From positions 1 through 60,579 of the forward strand of contig CANRKU010000005.1 of the NCBI GenBank assembly GCA_947631295.1: a stretch of 60,579 nt of DNA, in the 5' to 3' direction. Origin of the DNA: an uncultured Bacilli bacterium. GTDB taxonomy: Bacteria > Bacillota_I > Bacilli_A > RF39 > UBA660. The notes below the pieces were generated by a model that saw only the letters and a program-made list of their open reading frames with translations, had not been told where the DNA came from and ran no database searches. The position numbers were made by a program, and so were the translations under genes. Each line of letters opens with the position of its first letter. The first letter of the stretch is position 1. Positions 8,510 to 19,358 of the stretch are shown here, piece by piece.

Positions 8510-9742
8510 TTACTTTCCAAGTTCTTCTTCAATTCTCATTAATTGATTATATTTACAAATTCGATCTGTTCTAGACATGGAACCTGTTTTTATTTGACCT
8601 AAATCAAGTCCTACAGCTAAATCAGCTATCGTTGTATCTTCCGTTTCTCCACTACGATGAGAAATAATCGTCTTATAACCATACTTTCTAGCAAGTTCAA
8701 TTGTTTCTAAAGTTTCAGTAATTGTACCGATTTGATTTACTTTTAACAGAATCGCATTTCCCGCCTGTTTATCAATTCCCATTTGCAGACACTCTTTATT
8801 TGTTACAAATAAATCATCTCCAACTAATTGAATTTTATCACCAAGTATACTAGTAATCTTAGTAAAGCCTTCCCAATCATTTTCATCAACAGGATCTTCT
8901 ATTGAAATAATAGGATATTTATTTACTAATTCTTGATAAAATTCAATCAATTGATCTGTAGTTAAGCTTCTATTTTCACCAACTAAATTATATTTTCCAG
9001 TTTCTTTATCATAGAATTCACTAGCAGCAACATCAATTGCGATACAAACATCTTTTCCAGGAATATATCCTGCCTTTTGAATTGCTTCCATAATCAATTC
9101 AAATCCCTCAGTATTAGATTGTAAATCAGGAGCAAAGCCACCTTCATCACCAACACCAGTAGCAAGATGCTTGCTGTTTAATACCTTTTTTAAATTGTGA
9201 AAAACTTCAGCACCAATTCTAACTCGATCGCAAATGGTATTTGCTTGAGGTACAATCATGAATTCTTGAAAATCAAGTTTATTGTCAGCATGAGCACCAC
9301 CATTAAGGATATTCATCATCGGTACTGGTAAAGTAGTGCCATTTCCTACATAACGATAAAGTGGTAATTTTTTTTGAATAGCACTAGCCTTCATAGCTGC
9401 CATACTAATTCCTAGAATGGCATTTGCACCATATTTAGATTTAGTTTTGGTACCATCTGCCTCAATCATAGCATAATCAAGTTCTTTTTGATTTTCTGCA
9501 TCCATTCCAATTACTAAATCACGAAGTGGTCCATTAACATTTGCTACAGCATTTAAAACGCCTTTTCCCATAAAACGAGTACCACCATCACGCATCTCTA
9601 AGGCTTCTCTTTCTCCAGTAGATGCTCCACTTGGTACAGCAGCTCTACCTAATGTTCCATCTTCTAAAATAACATCTACTTCTACAGTAGGATTCCCCCT
9701 AGAATCTAATATTTCTCTTCCTTTTACATCAATTATCTTCAT
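8510..9742 (-). CDS. eno: Enolase
   Basis: [33 protein letters not shown] motifs. Confidence 0.99.
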   Translation of the reverse strand: MKIIDVKGREILDSRGNPTVEVDVILEDGTLGRAAVPSGASTGEREALEMRDGGTRFMGKGVLNAVANVNGPLRDLVIGMDAENQKELDYAMIEADGTKTKSKYGANAILGISMAAMKASAIQKKLPLYRYVGNGTTLPVPMMNILNGGAHADNKLDFQEFMIVPQANTICDRVRIGAEVFHNLKKVLNSKHLATGVGDEGGFAPDLQSNTEGFELIMEAIQKAGYIPGKDVCIAIDVAASEFYDKETGKYNLVGENRSLTTDQLIEFYQELVNKYPIISIEDPVDENDWEGFTKITSILGDKIQLVGDDLFVTNKECLQMGIDKQAGNAILLKVNQIGTITETLETIELARKYGYKTIISHRSGETEDTTIADLAVGLDLGQIKTGSMSRTDRICKYNQLMRIEEELGK

Positions 9743-9849
9743 AAATTTCTTCCTTTCTATTTATAATATCTAATTTTTGAAGACATCGTACTTGTCCAGT
9801 CTTCTTATTCTCTTTCCCTATTTTTAATACTTTACCTTCGTATTTTCCA

Positions 9850-11205
9850 TTATTTTTTCTCCAATTCAATAGCATATTTTTTAAATTCTGCTCCGCGTTC
9901 TTCGCACTCTTTATATTGATCCCAAGAAGCACTAGCAGGACTTAATAATAGTATATCACCACTTTTACTAATACTCCAAGCCGTTTCAAAAGCATCTTTT
10001 AAAAATTCATATTGATAAGTAGGAATATTCATTTTATCCCCAAATTCTTTGACACGATTTCTACAACTACCTATCGCAAAAATAGCTTTTACATGACTCA
10101 TATAATCACTTAATTCATTAAAATCTTGCCCTCTTTCATAACCACCTAAAAACAAAATAGTAGGATTTTGAAAACTAGATAAAGCTATCTGGCAACATTT
10201 AATATTGGTAGCTTCCGTATCATTATAAAACTTTCTTCCATCAACCTCACACACAAATTCTAAACGATGTTCTACACCACCAAAAGTATTTAATACCTTT
10301 TGAATTATTTCATTACTAACACCAATTTCTTTTACCGCTAAAATAGCTGCCATAATATTTTCATAATTATGATTCCCAATTAATCTAATTTGATCTAAAT
10401 TGATAATTTTCTCATCATAATAATAAATAGCATTTTCTTTGATATAAGCTCCATTAATTTCATTTTTACTAGAAAAATACTTAACAGTCGATTTAATATC
10501 TTTGACCAAATGTAATGCTTCCTCATTTTCCATATTGGTAATTGCGATATCACTACTTGTTTGATTTTGAAAAATTCTCTTCTTTACTTCTTTATAATAA
10601 TCATAAGTTTTCATAAATTCAATATGTGCTTCACTAATATTTGTAAGTATCGCAATATCAGGATGATACTCTTTTACATTTTCTAATTGTTGACAACTAA
10701 TTTCATCTACAATAATATCATTTTCTTCTAACTTATCTAAAAAACTACATAAAGGATACCCAATATTACCTGCTAAATGAACTCTTTTTCCTGCTTCTTT
10801 GATAAAGTTATAAATAAGTGTTGTTGTTGTAGTCTTACCATTAGTACCAGTAATCCCTATTAATTTAATATTTTTATCTTTAGGAATGAGTCTATAAGCC
10901 ATTTCTGTTTCATTTATTACCTCTACCCCTATTTCTTTTGCTTTTAATACATAAAAATGGTCAATCGGAACACCAGGATTTTTAATTAAATATTGAAAAC
11001 TATCATCTAATAAATCTTGGGGATGAGAACCAAATATGAACTCTACACCTAAATCTTTTAATTCTTTTATTTTACTAACATCATGTTTTTCTTCTTCCTT
11101 ACCATCATTAACAACAACAGTATTTCCCTTGTTTATTAAAACTTTAGCAACTTCATACCCACTTCTAGCAAAACCTAATATCAGTATTTTTTGATTTTCA
11201 AACAT
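9850..11205 (-). CDS. murD: UDP-N-acetylmuramoyl-L-alanine--D-glutamate ligase
   Basis: KNPGVP, GITGTNGKTTT, GNIG, HRLE, LLSPASASWDQY motifs. Confidence 0.96.
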   Translation of the reverse strand: MFENQKILILGFARSGYEVAKVLINKGNTVVVNDGKEEEKHDVSKIKELKDLGVEFIFGSHPQDLLDDSFQYLIKNPGVPIDHFYVLKAKEIGVEVINETEMAYRLIPKDKNIKLIGITGTNGKTTTTTLIYNFIKEAGKRVHLAGNIGYPLCSFLDKLEENDIIVDEISCQQLENVKEYHPDIAILTNISEAHIEFMKTYDYYKEVKKRIFQNQTSSDIAITNMENEEALHLVKDIKSTVKYFSSKNEINGAYIKENAIYYYDEKIINLDQIRLIGNHNYENIMAAILAVKEIGVSNEIIQKVLNTFGGVEHRLEFVCEVDGRKFYNDTEATNIKCCQIALSSFQNPTILFLGGYERGQDFNELSDYMSHVKAIFAIGSCRNRVKEFGDKMNIPTYQYEFLKDAFETAWSISKSGDILLLSPASASWDQYKECEERGAEFKKYAIELEKK

Positions 11206-11252
11206 ATTAAAACCACCTTTATATTATTATACTATAAAATTTTGAAAATTTT

Positions 11253-11278
11253 ATCTAAATCAGGTAACTAGAAAAGAA
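11253..11278. repeat. 26-bp target-site duplication, left copy (right copy 12466..12491)
   Basis: ATCTAAATCAGGTAACTAGAAAAGAA occurs identically on both sides of the IS. Confidence 0.95.
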
Positions 11279-12465
11279 TGTATAGTTGTAAATGATGTGA
11301 GACCAAAAAATTAAAAAAGTTAAAGTGATATGATATAGTAAAAATGATAATTAAAGAATTTAGGTAAGGTAAATAAAATGTTGAATTTTAATTCAATATT
11401 TTATTTAGCAGTAGAAGCGTTAGCTTCTAAAAAATGTCTTTTTTCTAAAGGAGAATGCCAACCAAGAACTTGCATTGGAATGTTATTACTTCTTTTGAGA
11501 TAAGATTTCATTTGTTTCAGAAGATCTTCATAAGAATAAAACTTTAAAAATTGATAGAATCTTTGTTGATCATTACGGTGACTTCTTTCGACTTTACCAT
11601 TATGTCTAGGAGTTCTAGGTTTAATGAGCTTATGTTGAATGTTTAAAGAATTACATAAGATATCAAAAGGATGAATTCTATCCGTTTTCGCAATATGAGT
11701 GAATTCAGAACCATTATCAGTTTGGATAATTTGAGGTTTATATCCAAAATAGAAAATAGCTCTTTTAACAAAATCAATAGTAGAATAAGAGGACTGTTCT
11801 TTGTAAGGATAAATAAATCTTTCACGAGAGGCTTCATCAATAATGGTATATTGGTAAAATTTTTGTGGATCGTTACCAGAATAACATTCAGTAGGTACAT
11901 ATTTAACATCTAATTGCCATTTAATACCAAGTTGTTTAGGAGTATCATAATGTTTAGGAATATACTTCTTATGCTTTTCTTGATTCACATAGAAGCCAAG
12001 TTTTCTCATAACTCTGAATAAAGAACAAGCATGTCTAGAATAACCTTTTTCAGTTCTTAATTTTCCATAGAGTTCACAGAGGGAAATATGGGGATTTCTT
12101 CTAGTGTAGTCATGAATCCATTTTAATTCTTGTTCAGTATGAGCATTTGGATGTGGAGTATTGGGTTTATGAGATTTATCAATTAAAGATTCTTTGGTTC
12201 CATCAAACTTTTTATTCCAACGCATTAAAGAAGATTTAGAAATATGATATCTTCTACAAACATGGTTAATAGAATGAGTTTGTCTATAAAGTTTAACGGA
12301 ATAAAATTTAGTGTTTAAATCATGTGGCAAATATCTTAGAGATTGTGATATACTAGTCATAGCGATCAGATCCTTTCTTTAAATGTGTTTGTTTCAATTA
12401 ACATTTTACTGGATCAATCGCTTTTTGTATACATTAATCGGTGTCACATCAATTGTAACACTACA
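11279..12465 (-). mobile_element. Complete 1187-bp insertion sequence, IS481/IS1202-like
   Basis: TGT-initiated 26-bp imperfect terminal IRs (20/26 match), single DDE transposase, flanking direct repeats. Confidence 0.93.
11401..12360 (-). CDS. DDE (rve integrase core) transposase
   Basis: N-terminal HTH; WQLDVK, IQTDNGSEF, PRHNGKVERSHR motifs. Confidence 0.95.
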   Translation of the reverse strand: MTSISQSLRYLPHDLNTKFYSVKLYRQTHSINHVCRRYHISKSSLMRWNKKFDGTKESLIDKSHKPNTPHPNAHTEQELKWIHDYTRRNPHISLCELYGKLRTEKGYSRHACSLFRVMRKLGFYVNQEKHKKYIPKHYDTPKQLGIKWQLDVKYVPTECYSGNDPQKFYQYTIIDEASRERFIYPYKEQSSYSTIDFVKRAIFYFGYKPQIIQTDNGSEFTHIAKTDRIHPFDILCNSLNIQHKLIKPRTPRHNGKVERSHRNDQQRFYQFLKFYSYEDLLKQMKSYLKRSNNIPMQVLGWHSPLEKRHFLEANASTAK

Positions 12466-12555
12466 ATCTAAATCAGGTAACTAGAAAAGAAAAAATTGAA
12501 TTCATACAAGAAACATGATATAATATTCTTCCTTATGAAAGAAAGGAGGGATACC

Positions 12556-13800
12556 ATGAAAATTATTACTTTATCGGATGAAGAATTTAATCGTTTTTCT
12601 GACAATTACAAAGATGCTAATATGTATCAAACTATAAGCTACGCAAAAGTTATGAAACATGAAGGATATAATTATCATCTTTTAGGTTTTGTAAATAATA
12701 GTAATGAATTAATTGGTACTACGATGGTTTTATATAAAAAAGTATTCTTAAATTATAAAATTGCATATGCTCCTTTCGGATTTTTAATTGATTATTCTAA
12801 TAATGACTTAGTAGAAGAATTGACTACAAAATTAAAATTATTATTAGCAAAACAAAAATTTATATCTTTAAAAATAAATCCTAATATTATCTGTTCTGAA
12901 AGAGATAAATATGGGAAAATAATTACTTATAACCCAGAAATTAATGACATTTTAGAAATACTACAAAAAAATGGATATATTCATACTGGATTTAATAACT
13001 ATTTTGAAAATAAAAACCCTCGTTGGAATGCCATATTAAAGTTAACAGCTTCTAATGATAATTTATATAAAAATCTAAGTAAACAAACCAGAAATAAAAT
13101 TAGTAAGGCTATTAGAAGTGGTATTGAAATTGTAGAAGGATCGAAAGATGATTTAGGAATTTTATATGAATTTATCAAGAAAAAAGAAAAAAGAAGCTTA
13201 AAATACTATAGAAATATTTGTGAAGAATTCCAAGATAATGCTAAAATTTATTTAGCAAAATTGAATACTAGAAATTATGTTAGTAAAAGCAAAATTGCTT
13301 ATGAACAAGAATTAGAATTCAATGAAATTTATAATACTGAATTGCAGGAACAAAGTAGAGAAGGAAAAGATTTAACTAGTATTATTAATAAAAAAATGGA
13401 ATCTGATAAAAGATTATCTATATATCAAAATAATTTAATTAGAGCTACTAATTACTTTGGAAGATATCCAGATGGTTTAACGATAGGTGGTTTATTAGCA
13501 ATTTCATATAAGGATAAGATGTATTTAATAATTGAAGGGTTTAACCAAAAATACAGAGTTTTTAATCCAAACTATTTATTAAAATGGGAAATCATTAAGG
13601 ATTTAAATATAAAAGAATATAAATATTTTAATATGAATGGTATTGTTGGAGAATTTAAGGAAAAAAATAAATATTCTGGATTGAATGAAATGAAATTGGG
13701 TTATCACGCTAGGGCAGTTGAATATATTGGAGAATTTGATTTAATAATTAATAAAGCGGCATATAATATTTATATGAACAAACAAAAAAAGAAAAAATAA
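12556..13800 (+). CDS. FemAB/MurMN family peptidoglycan bridge aminoacyltransferase (likely ATG 12556)
   Basis: YQT, YAPFGFLIDY, RNKISKA..GIEI, YLLKWEII, FNMNGI..GL..MKLGY, EYIGEFDLII. AAAGGAGG RBS; TTGAAT-N17-TATAAT promoter at 12496. Confidence 0.92.
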   Translation: MKIITLSDEEFNRFSDNYKDANMYQTISYAKVMKHEGYNYHLLGFVNNSNELIGTTMVLYKKVFLNYKIAYAPFGFLIDYSNNDLVEELTTKLKLLLAKQKFISLKINPNIICSERDKYGKIITYNPEINDILEILQKNGYIHTGFNNYFENKNPRWNAILKLTASNDNLYKNLSKQTRNKISKAIRSGIEIVEGSKDDLGILYEFIKKKEKRSLKYYRNICEEFQDNAKIYLAKLNTRNYVSKSKIAYEQELEFNEIYNTELQEQSREGKDLTSIINKKMESDKRLSIYQNNLIRATNYFGRYPDGLTIGGLLAISYKDKMYLIIEGFNQKYRVFNPNYLLKWEIIKDLNIKEYKYFNMNGIVGEFKEKNKYSGLNEMKLGYHARAVEYIGEFDLIINKAAYNIYMNKQKKKK

Positions 13801-13915
13801 TGTCTTTTTTTAAGAACTTTTTCCCATAGCAGTATTAATGATATCCTCTTTAATAGTTCATTTTCATCGATACAGTTGGCCAAAGAAACAAAAATTTTTC
13901 ATATGAAATCAATAT

Positions 13916-13945
13916 AAAAAATCCTAAGAAAACTTAGGATTTTTT
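13916..13945. terminator. Bidirectional intrinsic terminator between tuf and femAB
   Basis: aaaaaatcctaag-aaaa-cttaggattttttt. Confidence 0.85.
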
Positions 13946-13963
13946 ATGATTCAATATGATGAA

Positions 13964-15133
13964 TTAAGCATCAATTTTACTAACTGAACCAGCACCAACA
14001 GTACGTCCACCTTCACGGATAGAGAACTTAGTTCCTTGTTCAATAGCAATTGGGTGAATTAATTCAACTGTCATACTAACGTTATCACCTGGCATAACCA
14101 TTTCAACACCAGCTGGAAGAGTAATAACTCCAGTTACGTCTGTAGTTCTGAAATAGAATTGAGGACGATAGTTTGCAAAGAATGGAGTATGACGTCCACC
14201 TTCTTCTTTACTAAGTACATAAACTTCAGCTTCGAACTTAGTATGTGGTGTAACTGATCCTGGTTTAGCAAGAACTTGACCACGTTCAACTTGTTCACGA
14301 GCAATACCACGAAGTAATACTCCGGCATTATCCCCTGCTTGAGCAAAGTCTAATTGTTTACGGAACATTTCAATTCCAGTAACAACAGTCTTTTGAGTAT
14401 CTCTAATACCAACGATTTCAACTTCATCATTAAGTTTTAATTGTCCACGTTCAACACGTCCAGTAACAACAGTTCCACGTCCAGTAATAGTGAATACATC
14501 TTCAATACTCATTAAGAATGGTTTGTCTGTATCACGTTCTGGAGTAGGAATCCATTCATCAACTGCAGCCATTAATTGTTGAACACTTTCTACATATTTA
14601 GGATCTCCTTCAAGAGCCTTTAATGCAGAACCACGGATAATTGGAGTTTCATCTCCTTCAAATCCATATTCGTTTAATAGATCACGAATTTCCATTTCTA
14701 CTAATTCTAGTAATTCTTCATCATCAACCATATCACATTTGTTCATGAATACTACCATTCTAGGTACTCCAACTTGACGAGCAAGTAAGATATGTTCACG
14801 AGTTTGTGCCATAGGTCCATCAGTAGCAGCAATAACTAAGATTGCTCCATCCATTTGTGCTGCACCAGTAATCATGTTTTTTACATAGTCAGCATGTCCT
14901 GGACAGTCTACGTGAGCATAATGACGATTAGCTGTCTCATACTCTACGTGAGCAGTATTAATAGTAATACCTCTTTCTCTTTCTTCAGGTGCTTTGTCGA
15001 TATCAGCAAAATCAACAGCAGAACCTAAAACTTTTGTAATAGCAGCTGTTAAAGTAGTTTTACCATGATCTACGTGACCAATTGTTCCTACGTTAACATG
15101 TGGTTTAGAACGATTAAATTTCTCTTTTGCCAT
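13964..15133 (-). CDS. tuf: Elongation factor Tu
   Basis: [25 protein letters not shown] motifs. Confidence 0.99.
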   Translation of the reverse strand: MAKEKFNRSKPHVNVGTIGHVDHGKTTLTAAITKVLGSAVDFADIDKAPEERERGITINTAHVEYETANRHYAHVDCPGHADYVKNMITGAAQMDGAILVIAATDGPMAQTREHILLARQVGVPRMVVFMNKCDMVDDEELLELVEMEIRDLLNEYGFEGDETPIIRGSALKALEGDPKYVESVQQLMAAVDEWIPTPERDTDKPFLMSIEDVFTITGRGTVVTGRVERGQLKLNDEVEIVGIRDTQKTVVTGIEMFRKQLDFAQAGDNAGVLLRGIAREQVERGQVLAKPGSVTPHTKFEAEVYVLSKEEGGRHTPFFANYRPQFYFRTTDVTGVITLPAGVEMVMPGDNVSMTVELIHPIAIEQGTKFSIREGGRTVGAGSVSKIDA

Positions 15134-15277
15134 TTTTTAATTTCCTCCTTTTTGATTTATACATCTTATATTTTATCTAACAATTGATTTTTTTTCAACT
15201 GTTTTGATACGTTTTTATCATTTCTGATAAAAATATTTATAACAACAAGGAAATATATTCCTTGTTATTAATGATAA

Positions 15278-17347
15278 TTAGTTACCGCTTTTTTTAATAA
15301 TTTCATCAGCGATATTCTTTGGTACTTCTTCATAATGATCAAATACCATTACGAAGTTACCACGACCTTGCGTATTAGAACGCAAACTTGTCGCATATCC
15401 AAACATTTCAGAAAGTGGTACCATAGCATCTAATCGAACTGCATTTCCAACACTTTCTTGACCAAGTGGACGTCCACGACGACTAGTTAAGTCTCCCATA
15501 ACATTACCAAAATATTCATCTGGTGTAGTTACTTCAACTTTCATAATTGGTTCAAGAAGAACTGGATGACATTTATTTTTAGCTTCTTTTAAAGCAAAAC
15601 TTGCTGCAATCTTAAATGCCATTTCATTAGAGTCTACATCATGATATGATCCATCAAATAATGTAGCTTTAACATCAATCATAGGGTATCCTGCTAAAAC
15701 ACCAGTTTGTAGTGCTTCTTGTAATCCTTTATCAACAACTGGAATGTATTCACGAGGAACAACACCACCAACGATTGCATCAACAAATTCATATCCTTTA
15801 TCAGGATTTGGTTCAAATTTAACCCATACGTGTCCATATTGTCCACGACCACCAGATTGTTTAATATATTTACCTTCACAATCAGCAGCTTGACGAAGTG
15901 TTTCACGATAAGCAACTTGAGGTTTACCAATATTAGCTTCTACTTGGAATTCATCTTTCATTCTAGTAACTAATACATCTAAGTGTAATTCACCCATACC
16001 TGCAATTACAGTTTGACCTGTTTCTTGATCTGTATGTACTCTGAATGTAGGATCTTCTTCTGCAAGTTTTTGTAAAGCAATACCCATTTTTTCTTGATCT
16101 GCTTTTGTCTTAGGTTCAACAGCTACCTCAATAACTGGTTCTGGAAATTCCATTGATTCTAGAATAACAGGTTTCTTTTCATCACACAAAGTATCTCCAG
16201 TAGTTGTATTCTTAAGACCAACAATTGCAGCGATATCACCAGTATATACATCTGTAATTTCTGTTCTATTATTAGCATGCATTAATAATAAACGTCCAAC
16301 TCTTTCTTTGATATCTTTAGTAGAATTTAATACATAAGAACCACTTGATAAGTGTCCAGAATAAACTCTAAAGAATGTTAAACGTCCAACAAATGGATCT
16401 GTCATAACTTTAAATGCTAATGCACTAAATGGTTCATTATCTGATGGATGTCTAACTGCTGGATTTCCATCTAAATCTGTTCCTTCAATACTAGCAATAT
16501 CAGTAGGTGCTGGTAAATAGTCAATTACTGCATCAAGTAGTAATTTAACACCCATATTACCAAGTGCTGTACCACATAGTACAGGGAAGAACTTAACAGC
16601 AAGAGTTCCTGTACGAATAGCTCTTTTCATCATATCAACAGTAACTTCTCCACCATCTAAATAAGTTTCCATTAATTCATCATCAAATTCAGCAATTGCT
16701 TCAATAAGATCATTATGTTTTTGTGAAGCAATATCTTGTAAGTCTGCTGGAATTTCAATTTCCTTAGCATCTTCTTCTTGCTTACCATCATATTCGTAAG
16801 CTTTCATAGTAACAAGATCGATAACACCATGGAACTCTGATTCTGCTCCAATTGGCCATTCAATAGGTTTAGCATTAACTCCTAATCTAGAATCAATTGT
16901 TCCTAGAGTATATTCAAAGTTAGCACCCATTTTATCCATCTTATTAGCAAATATTAAACGAGGTACAAAAAACTCTGTAGCTTGGCGCCAAACTGTTTCT
17001 GTTTGAGGTTCAACACCAGCTTGAGCATCTAATAAAGCAACAGCACCATCTAGAACTCTTAAACTACGACTAACTTCAACCGTAAAGTCTACGTGTCCTG
17101 GAGTATCGATGATATTCATACGATATCCTTTCCAATATGCAGTAGTTGCTGCTGATGTAATGGTAATACCACGTTCTTGTTCTTGTTTCATCCAATCCAT
17201 TTGTGATTCTCCATCATGAGTTTCACCAATTTTATGGATTTTCTTTGTATGGAATAATACACGTTCTGTACAAGTAGTTTTACCTGCATCGATATGTGCC
17301 ATAATTCCAAAATTTCTTGTTTTTTCTAATGACGTATCACGAGCCAT
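15278..17347 (-). CDS. fusA: Elongation factor G
   Basis: [29 protein letters not shown] motifs. Confidence 0.99.
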   Translation of the reverse strand: MARDTSLEKTRNFGIMAHIDAGKTTCTERVLFHTKKIHKIGETHDGESQMDWMKQEQERGITITSAATTAYWKGYRMNIIDTPGHVDFTVEVSRSLRVLDGAVALLDAQAGVEPQTETVWRQATEFFVPRLIFANKMDKMGANFEYTLGTIDSRLGVNAKPIEWPIGAESEFHGVIDLVTMKAYEYDGKQEEDAKEIEIPADLQDIASQKHNDLIEAIAEFDDELMETYLDGGEVTVDMMKRAIRTGTLAVKFFPVLCGTALGNMGVKLLLDAVIDYLPAPTDIASIEGTDLDGNPAVRHPSDNEPFSALAFKVMTDPFVGRLTFFRVYSGHLSSGSYVLNSTKDIKERVGRLLLMHANNRTEITDVYTGDIAAIVGLKNTTTGDTLCDEKKPVILESMEFPEPVIEVAVEPKTKADQEKMGIALQKLAEEDPTFRVHTDQETGQTVIAGMGELHLDVLVTRMKDEFQVEANIGKPQVAYRETLRQAADCEGKYIKQSGGRGQYGHVWVKFEPNPDKGYEFVDAIVGGVVPREYIPVVDKGLQEALQTGVLAGYPMIDVKATLFDGSYHDVDSNEMAFKIAASFALKEAKNKCHPVLLEPIMKVEVTTPDEYFGNVMGDLTSRRGRPLGQESVGNAVRLDAMVPLSEMFGYATSLRSNTQGRGNFVMVFDHYEEVPKNIADEIIKKSGN

Positions 17348-17361
17348 ATACTATTCCTTTC

Positions 17362-17829
17362 CTACCAACGATAATGTGCAAATGCTTTATTAGCTTCTGC
17401 CATTCTATGGGTATCTTCACGTTTTTTAACTGCTGCTCCTGTTCCATTGGAAGCATCAATGATTTCATTAGCAAGATTTTCAGCCATTCCTTTGCCACCT
17501 CTAAGTCTTGCATAATTTACTAACCAACGAAGTCCTAAAGCTTGACTTCTTTCAGGACTAACTTCAATTGGTACTTGATAGTTAGAACCACCAACACGAC
17601 GAGATTTAACTTCAAGTAGTGGTTTAATATTTTCTAATGCTTTATTAAATACATCTAGTGGATTTTCACCAGTTTTTTCTTTAATCATATCAAAAGCATC
17701 ATATAAAATTGTTTGAGCTTTTCCTTTTTTACCACCAATCATCATACGATTAATTAATTTGGTAACTACTTTTGAATTGTAAATAGGATCTGCTAAAACA
17801 TCTCTTTTAACTGCTTGTCTTTTACGCAT
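17362..17829 (-). CDS. rpsG: 30S ribosomal protein S7
   Basis: [25 protein letters not shown]. Confidence 0.99.
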   Translation of the reverse strand: MRKRQAVKRDVLADPIYNSKVVTKLINRMMIGGKKGKAQTILYDAFDMIKEKTGENPLDVFNKALENIKPLLEVKSRRVGGSNYQVPIEVSPERSQALGLRWLVNYARLRGGKGMAENLANEIIDASNGTGAAVKKREDTHRMAEANKAFAHYRW

Positions 17830-17866
17830 GATTGTATCCTCCCTTCACGATTATTTCTTTATTATT

Positions 17867-18280
17867 TTACTTTTTAGGTTTTTTAGCTCCATATTTGCTA
17901 CGGCCTTGTTTTCTATCTTTCACTCCAGCTGTATCTAAGGTACCACGAATAATATGATAACGAACTCCAATTAAGTCCTTAACACGTCCACCACGAACTA
18001 AAACAACACTATGCTCTTGTAAGTTATGTCCTTCACCAGGAATATAAGTATCAACTTCTTTTCCATTAGATAAACGAACACGAGCATATTTTCTTAATGC
18101 TGAGTTTGGTTTCTTTGGTGTTTTTGTACCTACACGAGTACAAACTCCACGTTTTTGTGGGCTATTTAATTCTGTAGTTTTTCTTTGGATAGTATTAAGT
18201 CCAAATCCTAACACTGGAGATTTACTCTTTCTTACTTTATCTTTTCTGTTTTTTCTAACTAATTGTTGCATTGTAGGCAT
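17867..18280 (-). CDS. rpsL: 30S ribosomal protein S12
   Basis: [29 protein letters not shown]. Confidence 0.99.
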   Translation of the reverse strand: MPTMQQLVRKNRKDKVRKSKSPVLGFGLNTIQRKTTELNSPQKRGVCTRVGTKTPKKPNSALRKYARVRLSNGKEVDTYIPGEGHNLQEHSVVLVRGGRVKDLIGVRYHIIRGTLDTAGVKDRKQGRSKYGAKKPKK

Positions 18281-18300
18281 ATTTTATCTCTCCTTTCTTT

Positions 18301-18318
18301 ACACATAACCAGGTGTGT
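18301..18318 (-). promoter_or_regulatory. Hairpin in the rpsL leader (acacacctggttatgtgt), possible autoregulatory site
   Basis: Short stem-loop just before the RBS; resembles the CACCTGG..TGTG motif seen ahead of Firmicute rpsL. Confidence 0.4.
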
Positions 18319-18414
18319 CATTTTTCTATCTAAATTTAAGTTTTGTACAAAACAAAACCTAAATTCAACAGTGTATTTAATATATCACTAATAAGAAATA
18401 AAGTCAATAAAATT

Positions 18415-18531
18415 TTAACCAATTCCTAAATTAGATGCACCGATACTAATTAATATGATTGCAACAAAAAAAACAACTAAAAAAGCAAGTAACACACTAA
18501 GTCCCCAACCACGATTGTTTAAATGTAACAT
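18415..18531 (-). CDS. 38-aa membrane peptide with prepilin-like N-terminus, MLHLNNRGWGLSVLLAFLVVFFVAIILISIGASNLGIG
   Basis: Translated by hand; GAGGTGA RBS; NNRG followed by a hydrophobic helix. Confidence 0.7.
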   Translation of the reverse strand: MLHLNNRGWGLSVLLAFLVVFFVAIILISIGASNLGIG

Positions 18532-18635
18532 AGTATCACCTCTAACGATATTATTATATGATAAAATTTAAAAAAAAGAAAGTATTATTTCTAATACTAA
18601 TCTTTATACATAAACTTATGATTTTAGTTTTTATT

Positions 18636-19217
18636 TTATAATTTTTTCTGCAATGGTTTTTTTACGTCAGTTTCCTCTATATTTAATCTTGTGTTTAAAT
18701 CAAAATCACTTATTCCTTGTTGTCGTAAAAGAGAACTAAGTACAGATAGAGACCCATTATTATTCAAATATTCAGCAACTGTAATTGTTTTTTGTTTTAC
18801 GTTATTTAATTCTTCGTGAAGCATACTATAAATCTGATTATAATGATATTTTGCTTGCAATGTCATGTCTCTGGAACTTTTTTCCTCAAATTTTTCAAAT
18901 AATTTTATATACTCTTCTTCAGAGTTAAATGCTTTCTTCATATAATCTTCATATAAAAATTTGTATGCAATTGGAAAAGGTTCACAATTTATAAGATTAG
19001 AAACTAATTTACAAAAAGTGCTACCATATGTTGCAAATACCAATTTTTCACTTAAATCGAGTTTTTCTTCATAGGATAAAAGTGGAAAATAATCAAGTTC
19101 CATATCTTTTAATAATCTAACTAAATCTTCAACTTTTTTACTATCTGCACTAATACATCTTTTTGCAAATTCTTCATTTAGCTTTTGTTTTATATATACT
19201 AAATCATTAAGTTTCAT
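18636..19217 (-). CDS. Hypothetical protein
   Basis: 193-aa ORF with AAGGAG RBS. Confidence 0.75.
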   Translation of the reverse strand: MKLNDLVYIKQKLNEEFAKRCISADSKKVEDLVRLLKDMELDYFPLLSYEEKLDLSEKLVFATYGSTFCKLVSNLINCEPFPIAYKFLYEDYMKKAFNSEEEYIKLFEKFEEKSSRDMTLQAKYHYNQIYSMLHEELNNVKQKTITVAEYLNNNGSLSVLSSLLRQQGISDFDLNTRLNIEETDVKKPLQKKL

Positions 19218-19358
19218 AAAAATAAACTCCTTTCAGTAGTTATTATTTTATCAGATAAAATTAATCCTGTCTAGATTTTAAAGATTCCAAATATTAGGCT
19301 GAAAATCTTTTATATACACTTTAAAATAAAGTTTTTTAGTGAACAAAAAAAGAAGAGT

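Noticed and set aside
9729-9932. 67-aa ORF bridging murD and eno
   Set aside because: Overlaps both genes out of frame; no RBS or motif.
13800-13915. Possible gene remnant between femAB and the tuf terminator
   Set aside because: Too short, with no start, RBS or recognisable motif.
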